A stretch of DNA of 64,000 bases from positions 32,001 through 96,000 of the IMG/VR virus record IMGVR_UViG_2574179762_000001. One strand, written 5' to 3'. Of the stretch, positions 19,028 through 28,985 are shown in pieces. The position numbers were made by a program, and so were the translations under genes. Under the pieces are notes generated by a model. It was not told the origin of the DNA and did no database searches. It was given only the letters and a program-made list of their open reading frames with translations. Each line of letters starts with the position of its first letter. Position 1 is the first letter of the stretch. This DNA comes from a virus (taxonomy: Duplodnaviria > Caudoviricetes).

Positions 19028-19183
19028 TTCTCCATCAGCTCACCGATGGAGTCACAGATGTCCCGTCCCACCTAAGCCAGGATCTTCCGCCGCCAGCCGG
19101 CGCGCGCTGACCAGTCGCACACCGTCGTGCACGCCGCCGACCTGTTGGATGCTTGAGATGGACCGCAGATGCCAGCCAAGGAA

Positions 19184-19486
19184 TCAGCGGCGCAGGTCCC
19201 GGTAGGCGTCCATGAACTCGAAGAAGTACTTGGACGCTGCAAGCAGGAAGGCGAGGAATTTGTTGATAGCAACCAGCACGGCGTTCTCTGCTGGCAACGG
19301 ACGAGTGAGAGCAATGACCACAAGCACCAACGAAACGAACCAAGACAGCGTCTTGATGAAGGCGGCCAAGTGGAAGCAGCGCCGTCTGACTGCGGCCTGG
19401 GTTGCTGCGCTGATTAACGCCGGGATCTTCGTTGCTTGCCAGAACCGGGCAATCCCCTCCTGGATCTTGGTCTTGATGGTCTTCAT
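19184..19486 (-). CDS. 100-aa two-TM membrane protein, antisense to the pL transcript
   Basis: GAGGG RBS, GC3-biased codons, two hydrophobic segments. Confidence 0.5.
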   Translation of the reverse strand: MKTIKTKIQEGIARFWQATKIPALISAATQAAVRRRCFHLAAFIKTLSWFVSLVLVVIALTRPLPAENAVLVAINKFLAFLLAASKYFFEFMDAYRDLRR

Positions 19487-19581
19487 CAACGCCGCCCTCT
19501 GCTTGTCTGTGTTGTTCGATCTGCGCAGCAAAGCATAAACCAACCGCAATACACAACACACCACCCGGTGCGTGTCACAAG

Positions 19582-19800
19582 ATGGAGAGCGACATGGTTT
19601 CAGCGGTCAGGGAGCGCCACCGCTCCAAGGGCTCGGGCGGCATCCACATCCTCCGTGGCAAGGACCTGAAAGCCGTTGAGCAGCGGGCCCGCGCCATCGT
19701 CAGCGCGATAGATGCCATGCGCAGCCCCTCCATGGGCCTGCCGCGCATGGACACCGCCAGCGGCGATCACATCGTCGAAGTCCGGTACTACGGTCTTTGA
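19582..19800 (+). CDS. Phage hypothetical protein
   Basis: First ORF of the coupled early operon. Confidence 0.65.
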   Translation: MESDMVSAVRERHRSKGSGGIHILRGKDLKAVEQRARAIVSAIDAMRSPSMGLPRMDTASGDHIVEVRYYGL

Positions 19801-19811
19801 GGGGGAACGTT

Positions 19812-20093
19812 ATGGCTACCACCGTCACGATCACCCACAACGGCACCTCCCTGCTGGTGTCCGGCAGCTACTGCCGCGGCTATGACGCCACGCTCGAGCA
19901 GCCTGGCGAGCCCGACGCCTTCTACGTGGACACCGTCACCGACAGCGACGTCGATGTCACGCACCTGCACGACCTGAAAGAGATCGCCGGCCTGGCGCTG
20001 GAAGCGCATCTGGACAACGAGGCGGCAGAGGCCTGCGAGGCGGCTGACCGTCAGCGAGAAGAGCGTCGCTTTGCCTTCGGGGTGGCGGTATGA
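19812..20093 (+). CDS. Phage hypothetical protein
   Basis: GAGGGGG RBS, acidic, coupled. Confidence 0.7.
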   Translation: MATTVTITHNGTSLLVSGSYCRGYDATLEQPGEPDAFYVDTVTDSDVDVTHLHDLKEIAGLALEAHLDNEAAEACEAADRQREERRFAFGVAV

Positions 20094-20445
20094 AGCCAAC
20101 AATCACAAAGGGGCCCTGGCGCGTCGAGCCATTCATCGTCGACGGCAAAACCGTCTCCATTCAAGTGCGCGGCCCCGCCAGGGACGATAACGCGCGCGGC
20201 CTCATCCTGCCCCAGACCTCGTATGCATCCGACGAGCAGCAGCGGATTTGCTATGTCGAATCCGAGGCTCAAGCGCTGGTGAATGCGCGGGCAATGGCTG
20301 CGGTCCTGACCTACTTGCTGTCGCCATCGAGGTGGATCGCCTGCTGACCAAACAGAAGTGGATCGTCGACGGGTTGGACCCAGAGAGCCGGCTACTTGCT
20401 GCTGCACGAGCCGCCATCGCCCAAACCACCGGAGAGCAGCAATGA
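20090..20445 (+). pseudogene. Phage protein with an apparent 1-bp deletion near 20302
   Basis: TKGPW...NARAMAA|GPDLLA...ARAAIAQ, a common phage motif split over two frames. Confidence 0.7.
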
Positions 20446-20678
20446 CCGCAGAACAAGCGGCAATGCGCCAGGCCATGCGCGAAAACTTGCAGCGCGAACT
20501 GTTGCGCGAGCTCCAGCTGGCGCACCGGATCATCGTCAACGCCCTGGCAGTCATGACCCCCGCGCAGAAATCGGAGTGGGCCGCCAGAAACATCCTGAGC
20601 GGCAATGACAGCGAAGGCACCACCCGCGCCCACGAGCGCGCGGCAGTCATCGCCAAAGCCATTGGGAGCGCAACGTGA
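20442..20678 (+). CDS. Phage hypothetical protein (homologue at 63780)
   Basis: ELLRELQLAHRII...EGTTRAHERAAVI. Confidence 0.75.
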   Translation: MTAEQAAMRQAMRENLQRELLRELQLAHRIIVNALAVMTPAQKSEWAARNILSGNDSEGTTRAHERAAVIAKAIGSAT

Positions 20679-20796
20679 CACAAGACAAGCTGCGCGAAGC
20701 CCAGACCCGAAGCCGCGCCCTCCTCTATTACGTGCTCGGCTTGTTCGCGGTCGTCGCCGCAGCGCACGAAATCACTCTCTATCTCGGAGGCTGAAC

Positions 20797-21024
20797 ATGA
20801 TCACCAAAAACACAGATCTGCGCCACGTCGTGACCGGCGTGAAGCTCTCCCGCATAGAGCGCATGGAAGCGCAGTTGCGTCACATGGTTGCGTCGAACCA
20901 TGCCCAGCGGCAGCAACGCAAGGCTGAGAACTCGCGCCGCGGCATCTCCCCGCGCGTCGCGATCGGGAGCGCGCACGTGCCCGCCGCAGTGGCCCGCGCC
21001 TTCGCGTACATCAAGGTGGCCTGA
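20797..21024 (+). CDS. Phage hypothetical protein
   Basis: GGAGG RBS before MITKNTDL. Confidence 0.6.
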   Translation: MITKNTDLRHVVTGVKLSRIERMEAQLRHMVASNHAQRQQRKAENSRRGISPRVAIGSAHVPAAVARAFAYIKVA

Positions 21025-21050
21025 CAGCCCCGCCATTCAAAGAGGAATCC

Positions 21051-22301
21051 ATGGGAGCACCCGAAATCGAAGTTCTGGATCCGGCTCGGGCAGAGCCGGC
21101 CCTCGCCCTTGCGCTGTATGACCCCATCATGGCCGGCCTTGCCGAGCTGCGAGAGGCCGGCGCCGAGGCCTTTGACGTGGAATCGACGGCCGGCAACAAG
21201 GCCGCCCGCGAGTTCGTGCAGCGCTGCGTGGCCACCCGCACCGCAACGGATGAGGCCTACACGAACTGGAATCGCCCGATTCTGGACACGCAGAAACGGG
21301 TACGCGAGAAGCGCGACGAGATCCTGGCAGCCGTGAAGGAGATCGAGCAGCCGGTCAAGGATCAGATCGACGCCGAGCAGAAGCGCAAGGACGAGGAACG
21401 CATTGCTAAGGCCCGCGCCGAAAGCGCTCGTATTAGCGCGCATCAAGCCTGCCTGAACGCGATCGCCACCCTGCCGAAGGAATACCTGAGCGCTTCCGTC
21501 GCCGACGTGGCTGCTGCCATCCGCGATCTGGAATCGCCGGAATACCTTGGCCAGCGCAACTGGGAGGAATACGCTGACCAGACCAAGGGGACGGTCGATA
21601 CAGCCCTTTCCACCCTGCGCGTGCACCTGGAGAACGCCAAGGCACGCGAGGAGCTGGCGGCCATGAAGGCGAAGCAGGAAGCCGAAGCCGCGGCCCGCCG
21701 CGCCGAGGACGCCAAGGCAGAGGCTGAGCGCAAGCGCGTAGCCCGCATCAAGGAACGCATCCACGCGATCGAGACTTCCCCGTCGACCTGCATCGGTCTG
21801 GGCGTGAAGCAGATCCAGCAGCGGATCGCCGCGCTGGCCGCCGAAGCCGCCGACGACTTCGCCGAGTTTCAGGCCGAGGCCGGCGCCGCGATCGAAGCCG
21901 CGCTGGGCAATCTGAACGCCATGCTGGAAACCGCTCGCGATGCCGAGGAGCTGGCCCAGCTGCGCGCCGACAAGGCCCGCCGCGAGCGCGAAGAAGCCGA
22001 AACCGTCGCCCGCAAGGCACGCGAAGAGCAGGAAGCCAAGGAAGTCGCCGAGCGTGCCGAGCGTGAAACCGAGGCAAAGCGCCAGGCCGATGCCCGCGCC
22101 GCCGAGGAAAAGCGCCAGCGCGAGGAAGCCGCCGTCCGCCGCCGCGAGCAAGAGGCCGCTGCGGCCGCCGCCAAGCGCGTGCGCGAGCAGGCAGAAACGC
22201 TGCTGGCCCTACTGGTCGAAGCCCGCGCCCATGTGCCGGCCGGCGACCTGGCCGACCGCATCGACACCACCATCAACGCAGCCACCGGAGCCAAGCAATG
22301 A
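21051..22301 (+). CDS. Coiled-coil phage protein (TolA-like composition)
   Basis: A/E/K/R-rich helical ORF upstream of ERF. Confidence 0.85.
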   Translation: MGAPEIEVLDPARAEPALALALYDPIMAGLAELREAGAEAFDVESTAGNKAAREFVQRCVATRTATDEAYTNWNRPILDTQKRVREKRDEILAAVKEIEQPVKDQIDAEQKRKDEERIAKARAESARISAHQACLNAIATLPKEYLSASVADVAAAIRDLESPEYLGQRNWEEYADQTKGTVDTALSTLRVHLENAKAREELAAMKAKQEAEAAARRAEDAKAEAERKRVARIKERIHAIETSPSTCIGLGVKQIQQRIAALAAEAADDFAEFQAEAGAAIEAALGNLNAMLETARDAEELAQLRADKARREREEAETVARKAREEQEAKEVAERAERETEAKRQADARAAEEKRQREEAAVRRREQEAAAAAAKRVREQAETLLALLVEARAHVPAGDLADRIDTTINAATGAKQ

Positions 22302-22957
22302 ACAGTCCGGAGCAATTCGCGACACAAGCCGTGCAGCAGATGGACGTGAATCTGATTTCGGGCCCGGCCCCGGAAAGCCTCGGCCAACTGTTCGAGGCGC
22401 TGGCGACCGCTCAAGGCGAGTTCCAGCCCATCGCGAAGAGCCGCACCGCGTACGTGCAGCCCGAAGACCCGAGAAAAGCACCGTACACGTTCGATTATGC
22501 CGACATGGAGGAGATCCGGAGCAAGACCACTCCGGCCCTGTCGAGGCACGCCTTGGCGCTCATGCAGATCGTCTCGGACAAGCCCGAAGGGGGCACGCAC
22601 ATCCGCACAATCATCGCTCACAAGTCCGCGGCCCGCATCGAGTCGTCGCTTAGTCTCGTTCGCGGCGATGCCGACCTCAAGAGCTTCGGGGCATCAATTA
22701 CGATCCTGCGTCGCTACATCGTGGCGGCCATGCTGAATGTTGCAGGCGAAGCGGACCTTGACGACAGCCCAGATCCCGACGCCGGTGTCGGCCTGTCACC
22801 CGTGGCGCCCGAAGTGCACACCGGCATGCGCGACGCGACGACCATCAGCGAGCTGAGCAAGCTCATGGGCGGGCTGGAGAAGTCGGAAAAGGCCAAGTAT
22901 CACGACTACTTCAACCAGCGCATGCAGGAACTGCGCGTGGCGCAGGAGGCGGCGTAA
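22298..22957 (+). CDS. ERF-family ssDNA annealing protein
   Basis: ALATAQGEF...YADMEEI...FGASITILRRY. Confidence 0.85.
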   Translation: MNSPEQFATQAVQQMDVNLISGPAPESLGQLFEALATAQGEFQPIAKSRTAYVQPEDPRKAPYTFDYADMEEIRSKTTPALSRHALALMQIVSDKPEGGTHIRTIIAHKSAARIESSLSLVRGDADLKSFGASITILRRYIVAAMLNVAGEADLDDSPDPDAGVGLSPVAPEVHTGMRDATTISELSKLMGGLEKSEKAKYHDYFNQRMQELRVAQEAA

Positions 22958-23593
22958 ATGTTGATCGTGGAGTGCGAGCAAGGCAGTGATGCCTGGCTAC
23001 AGGCCCGCGCCGGGGTCAACACCGCCAGCAATTTCAAGATCGCCCGGTCCCGCAAGAAGGGCGGCGACTGGTCAGAGGACGCGCTGAACCTCGCATTCGG
23101 CACCGCAATCGAGCGGGAGAGCGGCTTCCCGCTGAACGAGGGGCACGAAACCTGGCAGATGCGCCGCGGCCGTGAAATGGAATCGGACGCGCGCATCGCA
23201 CACCAGGCCGACATCGGCGTCTACGTGAAGCCGGTTGGCATGGTGCTCACCGATGACCGCATCTTCGGCGCCAGCGCCGATGGCTGGATCGGCAACGACG
23301 GCGGCGCCGAATACAAGTGCCTCGTCTCGACCAAGGAACTGCGCACGACCCTGATCAACCACGACCTGCAGCAGTACATGGACCAGGTGCAGGGAAACAT
23401 GTGGCTGTCCGGCCGCGCCTGGTGGGACCTCGGGGTGTACTGCCCGGCCATGAAGGCGGCGACCGGCAAGGAATTCTTCCGCTGGCGCTTCAAGCGCGAC
23501 GACGACTACATCGACGCCATGGTGGCGGATCTGATGGAGTTCGAGAAGCTGGTGCAAAGCAATCTGGCCGAGCTGCGCAAGCTGGCCGCCTGA
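22958..23593 (+). CDS. YqaJ / lambda exonuclease family
   Basis: [12 protein letters not shown]-x-x-TAS, GASADG, EYKC, QVQG. Confidence 0.9.
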   Translation: MLIVECEQGSDAWLQARAGVNTASNFKIARSRKKGGDWSEDALNLAFGTAIERESGFPLNEGHETWQMRRGREMESDARIAHQADIGVYVKPVGMVLTDDRIFGASADGWIGNDGGAEYKCLVSTKELRTTLINHDLQQYMDQVQGNMWLSGRAWWDLGVYCPAMKAATGKEFFRWRFKRDDDYIDAMVADLMEFEKLVQSNLAELRKLAA

Positions 23594-23613
23594 TCCACTC
23601 CGGAGAACAGAAT

Positions 23614-24762
23614 ATGTGGTTTCGCAATCTCACCCTCTACCGCCTCACAGACTTCCAACTGCGCGCCGAGGAACTGGCCGAGGCATTGGAAAAGCACGCA
23701 TACACCTCGTGCACGGATCTGGAAATGTCCTCGCAGGGTTGGATCTCGCCGCGCGACGGCGGCAGCCTCGTCCACAGCGTCAACGGCCAGATGCTGATCA
23801 CCTTGTGCATCGAGAAGAAGCTGTTGCCTGCCGCCGTGGTCAAGGAAGCTGCTCAGGAGCGCGCCGCGGAGATCGAAGAGCAGCAAGGCTACAAGCCCGG
23901 CCGCAAGCAGCTGCGCGAGATCAAGGACGCCGTCACTGACGAACTTCTGCCCAAGGCATTCAGCATCCGCACCAAGATTTCCGCATGGATCGATCCTGCC
24001 AATGGCTGGCTGGCGATCGATGCATCCAGCAGCGCGAAGGCTGATGCCCTCCTCGGCTACCTGTTCAAGTCCGTGGACGGGCTGGAATTGGTCGCCCTGC
24101 GAGTTAAGCATGCTCCGGTGGCCGCTATGACGGAATGGCTCGCCACGGATTCGGCCCCGGCCGGCTTCACGATCGACCAGGATGCGGAACTGCGCGCCAC
24201 TGGCGAGGGCCGCGCCACAGTGCGCTATGTGCAGCACACGCTGGAAGCGGAAGACGTGAGCCGCCACATCGCCGCCGGCAAGCGCTGCACCCATCTGGCC
24301 ATGACGTGGAACGACCGCGTCTCCTTCGTGCTGACCGACGGGCTGACGCTCAAGCGCGTTGCGGCGCTCGATGTCCTGAAGGAATCGGCCAGCCCGGCAG
24401 AGCAGACGGCAGACGAGGCTTTCGACGGCGACTTCCTGCTGATGGCCGGTGAACTCGCCCGCATGCTGGCTGACCTTATCGACGCACTGGGCGGCGAACA
24501 GGTGCCCGAGGCGCCAGACGACCTGGTATCCGCTGCCGAGGATGCGGTCTCGCCGGCGAGCGGGGAACCCGACCCGCTCTACCCGCAGGCCGTGGAGGTG
24601 GTTCAGAAAGCCAAGCGCTCCAGTATCTCGTTGGTCCAGCGGCACCTGCGGATTGGGTACAACCGCGCGGCGCGCCTACTCGAGCAGATGGAGGGCGGCC
24701 GGATCGTCTCAGCGATGGGGTCTGACGGCAGTCGCTCGGTTCTGGCGGGAGCGGCAGCATGA
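23614..24762 (+). CDS. rdgC: RdgC fused to an FtsK-gamma domain
   Basis: [11 protein letters not shown]...ELLPKAF; C-terminal DPLY...[24 protein letters not shown]. Confidence 0.92.
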   Translation: MWFRNLTLYRLTDFQLRAEELAEALEKHAYTSCTDLEMSSQGWISPRDGGSLVHSVNGQMLITLCIEKKLLPAAVVKEAAQERAAEIEEQQGYKPGRKQLREIKDAVTDELLPKAFSIRTKISAWIDPANGWLAIDASSSAKADALLGYLFKSVDGLELVALRVKHAPVAAMTEWLATDSAPAGFTIDQDAELRATGEGRATVRYVQHTLEAEDVSRHIAAGKRCTHLAMTWNDRVSFVLTDGLTLKRVAALDVLKESASPAEQTADEAFDGDFLLMAGELARMLADLIDALGGEQVPEAPDDLVSAAEDAVSPASGEPDPLYPQAVEVVQKAKRSSISLVQRHLRIGYNRAARLLEQMEGGRIVSAMGSDGSRSVLAGAAA

Positions 24763-25460
24763 CGGCAAAGAACTGGATGGCTTGGACGCCAGAGGAAGAT
24801 GCGCTCCTGCGCAAGCACTGGGGCAACAAGGAATCCACAAAGCGCCTCGCCACGCGCTTCCCTGGCCGGTCCGCTGCAGCAGTTCTGAAGCATGGCTATG
24901 TCGCGTTGGGGCTCGGCCCGCGCAATTGCGGCCGCGAGAGCTTTTCCCCGGTCTGGGAGGGCGTCAAGGGCTTGCTGGTCGGCGGAAAGATGATGACGTC
25001 CAAAGAACTGGCCAAGGCGCTGAAGGTCACGCCGCACGCTGTGCAGGAGTGCATGCGCGATCGCCACGGTAAGGAAGTGCACGTCGGCGGCTATATCAAG
25101 GTGGCCGCGCACTCCCCGCGGGTCAACCGCTGGAAGCTGGGCCCGGGTCCGGATGCGCCCCAACCTCCGCGCAAGACCAAGAAGGAGGTCAACCGCGAAT
25201 ATTCCCGCCGCATGAGCAAAGACCCCGAGTATTGCGCGCGGCAGAACCTACTGGCCCGGCCGCGCTACGCCGAAAAGATGGGAAAGCTGATCCGCCCGGA
25301 CGCGGCCGTTCAGTGGATGCAGCAGGCGCCACAGCACGACGAGCAACCGATCAAGATGGGGATCGCCCGCCAAGGTGAATGCCATCCGCGCGCCGCGTTC
25401 TTCCCTATCGCCGGCAAGGGCTTGCTCAGTCGCACCACACCAAACCACACGACACCATGA
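24759..25460 (+). CDS. Myb-like/HTH phage protein
   Basis: [13 protein letters not shown]; GPGPDAP motif. Confidence 0.7.
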   Translation: MTAKNWMAWTPEEDALLRKHWGNKESTKRLATRFPGRSAAAVLKHGYVALGLGPRNCGRESFSPVWEGVKGLLVGGKMMTSKELAKALKVTPHAVQECMRDRHGKEVHVGGYIKVAAHSPRVNRWKLGPGPDAPQPPRKTKKEVNREYSRRMSKDPEYCARQNLLARPRYAEKMGKLIRPDAAVQWMQQAPQHDEQPIKMGIARQGECHPRAAFFPIAGKGLLSRTTPNHTTP

Positions 25461-25637
25461 CCTGCAATGCCGCCCTATTGTGACTGCCGCCGTGTCCATC
25501 GTTCACCTGGCAATCGGCATCTATGCGCAGTACCGCCTGACGCTACGGATGGCAGATTTTGACAAAAAAGAAGGGAACCGAGGAATGATCCGCGACCAGT
25601 TTCTGCTCCAAATCGCAATGATAAGGACGCGGCATCC

Positions 25638-26303
25638 CTATCTTTTCAAGGGAACGAGATGGAGAAGTCCCTCCAATGACCACCCTCCCCAAGCCATTGT
25701 GTGCGATAGCAAAACCATCCAGAAAACTGCGAGTGCAGCACTGACGTATATGGGAATCCGGCTAACGGAAGGCTTCCAGAGAATCAGCTTGGAAGTAGCT
25801 TGCTCGATCCAGCCACGGCTGGCATTTACCCCAAGGTCCTCCGCCACCCAACTTCTTATTTGGTCTGGACCCATCGTGAGTGGATCGTTGACCCTCGCTC
25901 CAGTCTTGTTGACGTCGTCTAGCGCTTTCTGTTCGGCAGCGGTTAGGAAGTTTGTGTCTGATGAAAAGACCTGGAAGACCTTCTTATGGTCCTTCAGATC
26001 GTCCAACAACCATACCTCGAGTTGTCGAGCGGCGCGCTCCCAACGCATTTGCCAGAACTTCGCCCCGGCTGCCATAAGCATTTGCCAAATCGATACCGCC
26101 AAGCCAAGTCCGCAAATGGCAAAGGTAAGGATTGGTGCAGCTTGCCCACTCGACTGCACAAGCCCAGCGATTATTACGCCCTGGAAAATCATAAAGAAAT
26201 TGTTTCGCTGCGTCAGTTGCGAGATCTCGAAATCTCGTTGGCGTAGCGTCAATTCGAACGCGGACGCGATATTCCCGGCTGGTGAGTCTTTTGGATCAGG
26301 CAT
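25638..26303 (-). CDS. Membrane protein resembling the RipA/8xMP octameric family; candidate defence effector
   Basis: RDFEISQLTQRNNFFMIFQG + 2 TM + W-x-x-RWE + C-terminal TM; GGAGGA RBS; low GC; inverted orientation. Confidence 0.7.
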   Translation of the reverse strand: MPDPKDSPAGNIASAFELTLRQRDFEISQLTQRNNFFMIFQGVIIAGLVQSSGQAAPILTFAICGLGLAVSIWQMLMAAGAKFWQMRWERAARQLEVWLLDDLKDHKKVFQVFSSDTNFLTAAEQKALDDVNKTGARVNDPLTMGPDQIRSWVAEDLGVNASRGWIEQATSKLILWKPSVSRIPIYVSAALAVFWMVLLSHTMAWGGWSLEGLLHLVPLKR

Positions 26304-26335
26304 GTTGTCTATTCCTCCTTCGTCGAGATCCTAGC

Positions 26336-26488
26336 ATGAGCCTCATCAACGTCATCTCCCTCTCTGGTGGCAAGGTCAGCACGGCCATGGCGATCTTCGC
26401 GCTTGAGGAACATGGCCGAGATGCCTGCCGCTTCGTCTTTGCCGACACCGGCAACGAGCACGAGGCCAGCCGGAGAGTAAGACATTAG
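26336..26488 (+). pseudogene. PAPS-reductase-family N-terminal fragment
   Basis: VISLSGGKVS...FADTGNEH, then truncated. Confidence 0.75.
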
Positions 26489-26574
26489 CGGGTGTGCGAC
26501 ATAACAACAGATGCAGAACACTATTAACCGGGTTATAGCTATCACCCGCCATACCTGGCGGATTGGAGTACGGG

Positions 26575-26802
26575 GTGAGCGACTTCCTATCAACGGCGCA
26601 ACTGGCCGACCTGGTCGGATGCAAGCAGAACCAGCGTCACGAAATGGTCAAATGGCTGGACCGGGAGCGTTGGCGCTACGTCATGGACAAGAACGGCCTA
26701 CCCAAGGTCGCCAAGGCGTACTACAAGCGAAAACTCGGGATCGAGGATTCGAAGGGGCAAGCGAAGTATGACGACGCGCCGAACCTCGCAGCGTTTGCGT
26801 AA
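26575..26802 (+). CDS. Excisionase-like DUF4224 protein
   Basis: FLSTAQLADLVG...Q...WL...GLPKV...PNLAA; overlaps int. Confidence 0.8.
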   Translation: MSDFLSTAQLADLVGCKQNQRHEMVKWLDRERWRYVMDKNGLPKVAKAYYKRKLGIEDSKGQAKYDDAPNLAAFA

Positions 26803-27985
26803 AGAAGCCACTGGCATCGATCGGCTGGTCAAGTACATCGGCGCGAAGAAGGTCTCGTTCTACTACAAGCACCCTGACGGGAAGAGCGAGACCCTGGCCT
26901 CCGCCCCGCTTGGCGACCGCAAGGCAATCGCCGAGGCGGAGCGCGTCGCCAAGCGGAAGGCCCTGGACATTCAGGCCGGTCAGATCATCGCCGGGTCGGT
27001 GGCGGACCTGATTGATCGCTTCAGGACTGAGGTCGCCCAAACGCACTACCGTGACCAGTCCAAAGAAGGCAAGGCGGTCAGAGACAGCGCATTCGAGAAC
27101 CTGACGAAGTTCTTCGGCAAGATGGCGCCGGCAGGGCTGAAGACCGTGCACGGCTACCAGTACCTCGATGCGCGGGCGAAGACAGGTGCGCCCATCAAGG
27201 CCAACAAGGAGCTGTCCCAAATGTCGACGATCTGCAACTATGGCGTCCGCTGGGGGCTGATGGAGGCAAACCCCTTCGTCGGCATGATGCTGAACAAGAC
27301 CGACAAGGACGTCCGGACGGTCACCCGAAGCCAGGTGGTGCGGTTCTACCTGTGGGCCGTACGGCAAGGCCAGGCCTACCGGACCATGGGATGCGCCGCG
27401 ATGTTCACCTACCTGACCGGCTTCCGCGCCGCCGAGGTCCGCCCGTTCCACCTGTCCGGGCTATCGGATGACGGCGTGCGCGTGGTCGGCGCCAAGCGAA
27501 AAAAGGGCGAGGCCGAGGTCGTCAAGGTTCGTGACTGGTCCCCTCGCCTGCGCGCGGTCGTCGAGCGGGCGAAGCAGACCGCCGCCGAGACTTCCACAAA
27601 AAAGGTGGTGGTCAAGAGCCTCTACCTGTTCCCGAACAGGAGGGGCCAGCCCTACAGCAAGAGCGGCTGGGGGTCGGTCTGGCAGGATGCGATGTGGGAA
27701 TGGATCTCAACGTTTGATGTCGAGGCAGCAGAGGCACTGCGCGCCGAGCGAGAGCAATCCGCCGCGCGGCGAAAGGACAGAAGCGCGGGCGCCTGGACGT
27801 CCGGATATTCGATTGCCGAGCACGAGGCGTATTTCTCGACGCTCGACATCCGTCCGGCTGCGATCACGACAAAGCTCGAGCAGCGTTCAGCGGACGCCTA
27901 TGACTTCGCTGCGCACGCGAACCCGTCAACAACGCATCGCCACTATGACCGGCGCAAGGTCAAACGGGCGGCGGCTACAGAATAA
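26768..27985 (+). CDS. int: Tyrosine integrase
   Basis: TGFRAAE (R), DIR, AHANPSTTHRHY (H, Y); adjacent to att. Confidence 0.92.
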   Translation: MTTRRTSQRLRKEATGIDRLVKYIGAKKVSFYYKHPDGKSETLASAPLGDRKAIAEAERVAKRKALDIQAGQIIAGSVADLIDRFRTEVAQTHYRDQSKEGKAVRDSAFENLTKFFGKMAPAGLKTVHGYQYLDARAKTGAPIKANKELSQMSTICNYGVRWGLMEANPFVGMMLNKTDKDVRTVTRSQVVRFYLWAVRQGQAYRTMGCAAMFTYLTGFRAAEVRPFHLSGLSDDGVRVVGAKRKKGEAEVVKVRDWSPRLRAVVERAKQTAAETSTKKVVVKSLYLFPNRRGQPYSKSGWGSVWQDAMWEWISTFDVEAAEALRAEREQSAARRKDRSAGAWTSGYSIAEHEAYFSTLDIRPAAITTKLEQRSADAYDFAAHANPSTTHRHYDRRKVKRAAATE

Positions 27986-28104
27986 GGGGAGCAGAAAACA
28001 GAAACGGCGCCGATGGCGCCGTGGGAAAACTCCCATTTCCGCGGGAAATTCCGCATCGTGAAACGGTCATAAAACCCGTAAACCATTGATGCGAAAGAGA
28101 ATTT

Positions 28105-28153
28105 TGGGGTGGCTGATGGGACTCGAACCCACGACGACAGGAATCACAATCCT
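28105..28153 (-). other. att core = 3' half of tRNA-His(GUG)
   Basis: Minus strand AGGATTGTGATTCCTGTCGTCGTGGGTTCGAGTCCCATCAGCCACCCCA; D-arm and 5' acceptor strand absent; IHF-like sites at about 28079-28091 and 28171-28183. Confidence 0.9.
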
Positions 28154-28259
28154 TGTTCAATATCCATTGAAATCAAAGCACTAGCGCGTTTCTTTGGAAA
28201 CCACCATGGTCTGCGACCCGCACCCTGTCTAGGCCGCTTTTACCAAGTTCCAAAGAAAG

Positions 28260-28288
28260 TTGACCCAGATACTGTATATCCGTACAGT
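28260..28288 (+). promoter_or_regulatory. Sigma70 promoter overlapped by a LexA box
   Basis: TTGACC-17-TACAGT; CTGT-ATATCCGT-ACAG at 28272-28287. Confidence 0.85.
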
Positions 28289-28296
28289 ATCCAGCC

Positions 28297-28704
28297 ATGC
28301 CAAGATTACAGCCGATGCCGCGACCGCCCGCCCCGCCGGACGGCTACGACCCCTGCCCCATCGACCCTAACTACGACCGCTACTACATCCTGGATGAGGC
28401 CGGCCAGCCGGTGCGCGTCTATGACTACGGCGTGCACGCCCGCTGGGAGTCCTTCGAAGGCAAAGCCTTCCAGATCAGGGACATGCTCACCGACTATGGC
28501 GTGGAGGTCTGGACCTACTTCTCGGGCTGGGGCAGCTTGCGGGATGACGAGCCGCCCGTCTTCCGGACTACGGTCAGGGGGCCGCTGCTCGACAAGACAT
28601 TTCGCTCGCTCACCTGGGAAGAAGCCGAAGACAAGCACCGCCGGGTGATCGAGAAGGTCCGCCGCACGATGTCGCGGAAGCCCGGCGTGTCGGACGGCGC
28701 CTGA
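28297..28704 (+). CDS. SOS-regulated phage hypothetical protein
   Basis: YYILD...PV...TWEEAE-x-x-H motif seen in phage proteins; start right after the promoter. Confidence 0.75.
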   Translation: MPRLQPMPRPPAPPDGYDPCPIDPNYDRYYILDEAGQPVRVYDYGVHARWESFEGKAFQIRDMLTDYGVEVWTYFSGWGSLRDDEPPVFRTTVRGPLLDKTFRSLTWEEAEDKHRRVIEKVRRTMSRKPGVSDGA

Positions 28705-28759
28705 TAGCGACGGCCAAGCGGCGCGCGGAGACTGGCGGCATAACCATCAGGAGACTGCC

Positions 28760-28981
28760 ATGCCAGGACAAGACATCCACGTAGTACCCGCCGATGGCCG
28801 CTGGGCCGTTGAGACCGAGGGCGGCCACGGCCGAGAGACGTTCGACACCCAAGCAGAGGCCATCGCCGCCGGCACCGAGAGGGCCAAGGCGAAAAAGGTC
28901 GAGCTGTTCATCCATGGCTTGGACGGCCAGATTCGAGAGCGCAACACGTTCGGCAACGACCCGCGCGACGTGAAGGGTTGA
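28760..28981 (+). CDS. DUF2188 protein
   Basis: HVVP...WAV...TQAEAI...IHGLDGQIRERNTFGNDP. Confidence 0.9.
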   Translation: MPGQDIHVVPADGRWAVETEGGHGRETFDTQAEAIAAGTERAKAKKVELFIHGLDGQIRERNTFGNDPRDVKG

Positions 28982-28985
28982 CGCC

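Larger units (their letters stand above)
1..28153. mobile_element. Prophage 1 (lambdoid, left part outside window; probably decaying)
   Basis: Head/terminase genes on -, cro/cI switch, recombination genes, xis-int ending next to a tRNA-His 3' fragment. Confidence 0.93.

Noticed and set aside
25375-26334. 319-aa plus-strand ORF
   Set aside because: Mostly antisense to the 25638-26303 gene; only the short methylase stump is meaningful
28105-28153. Functional tRNA-His gene
   Set aside because: The 5' acceptor strand and D-arm are missing; it is an att duplication
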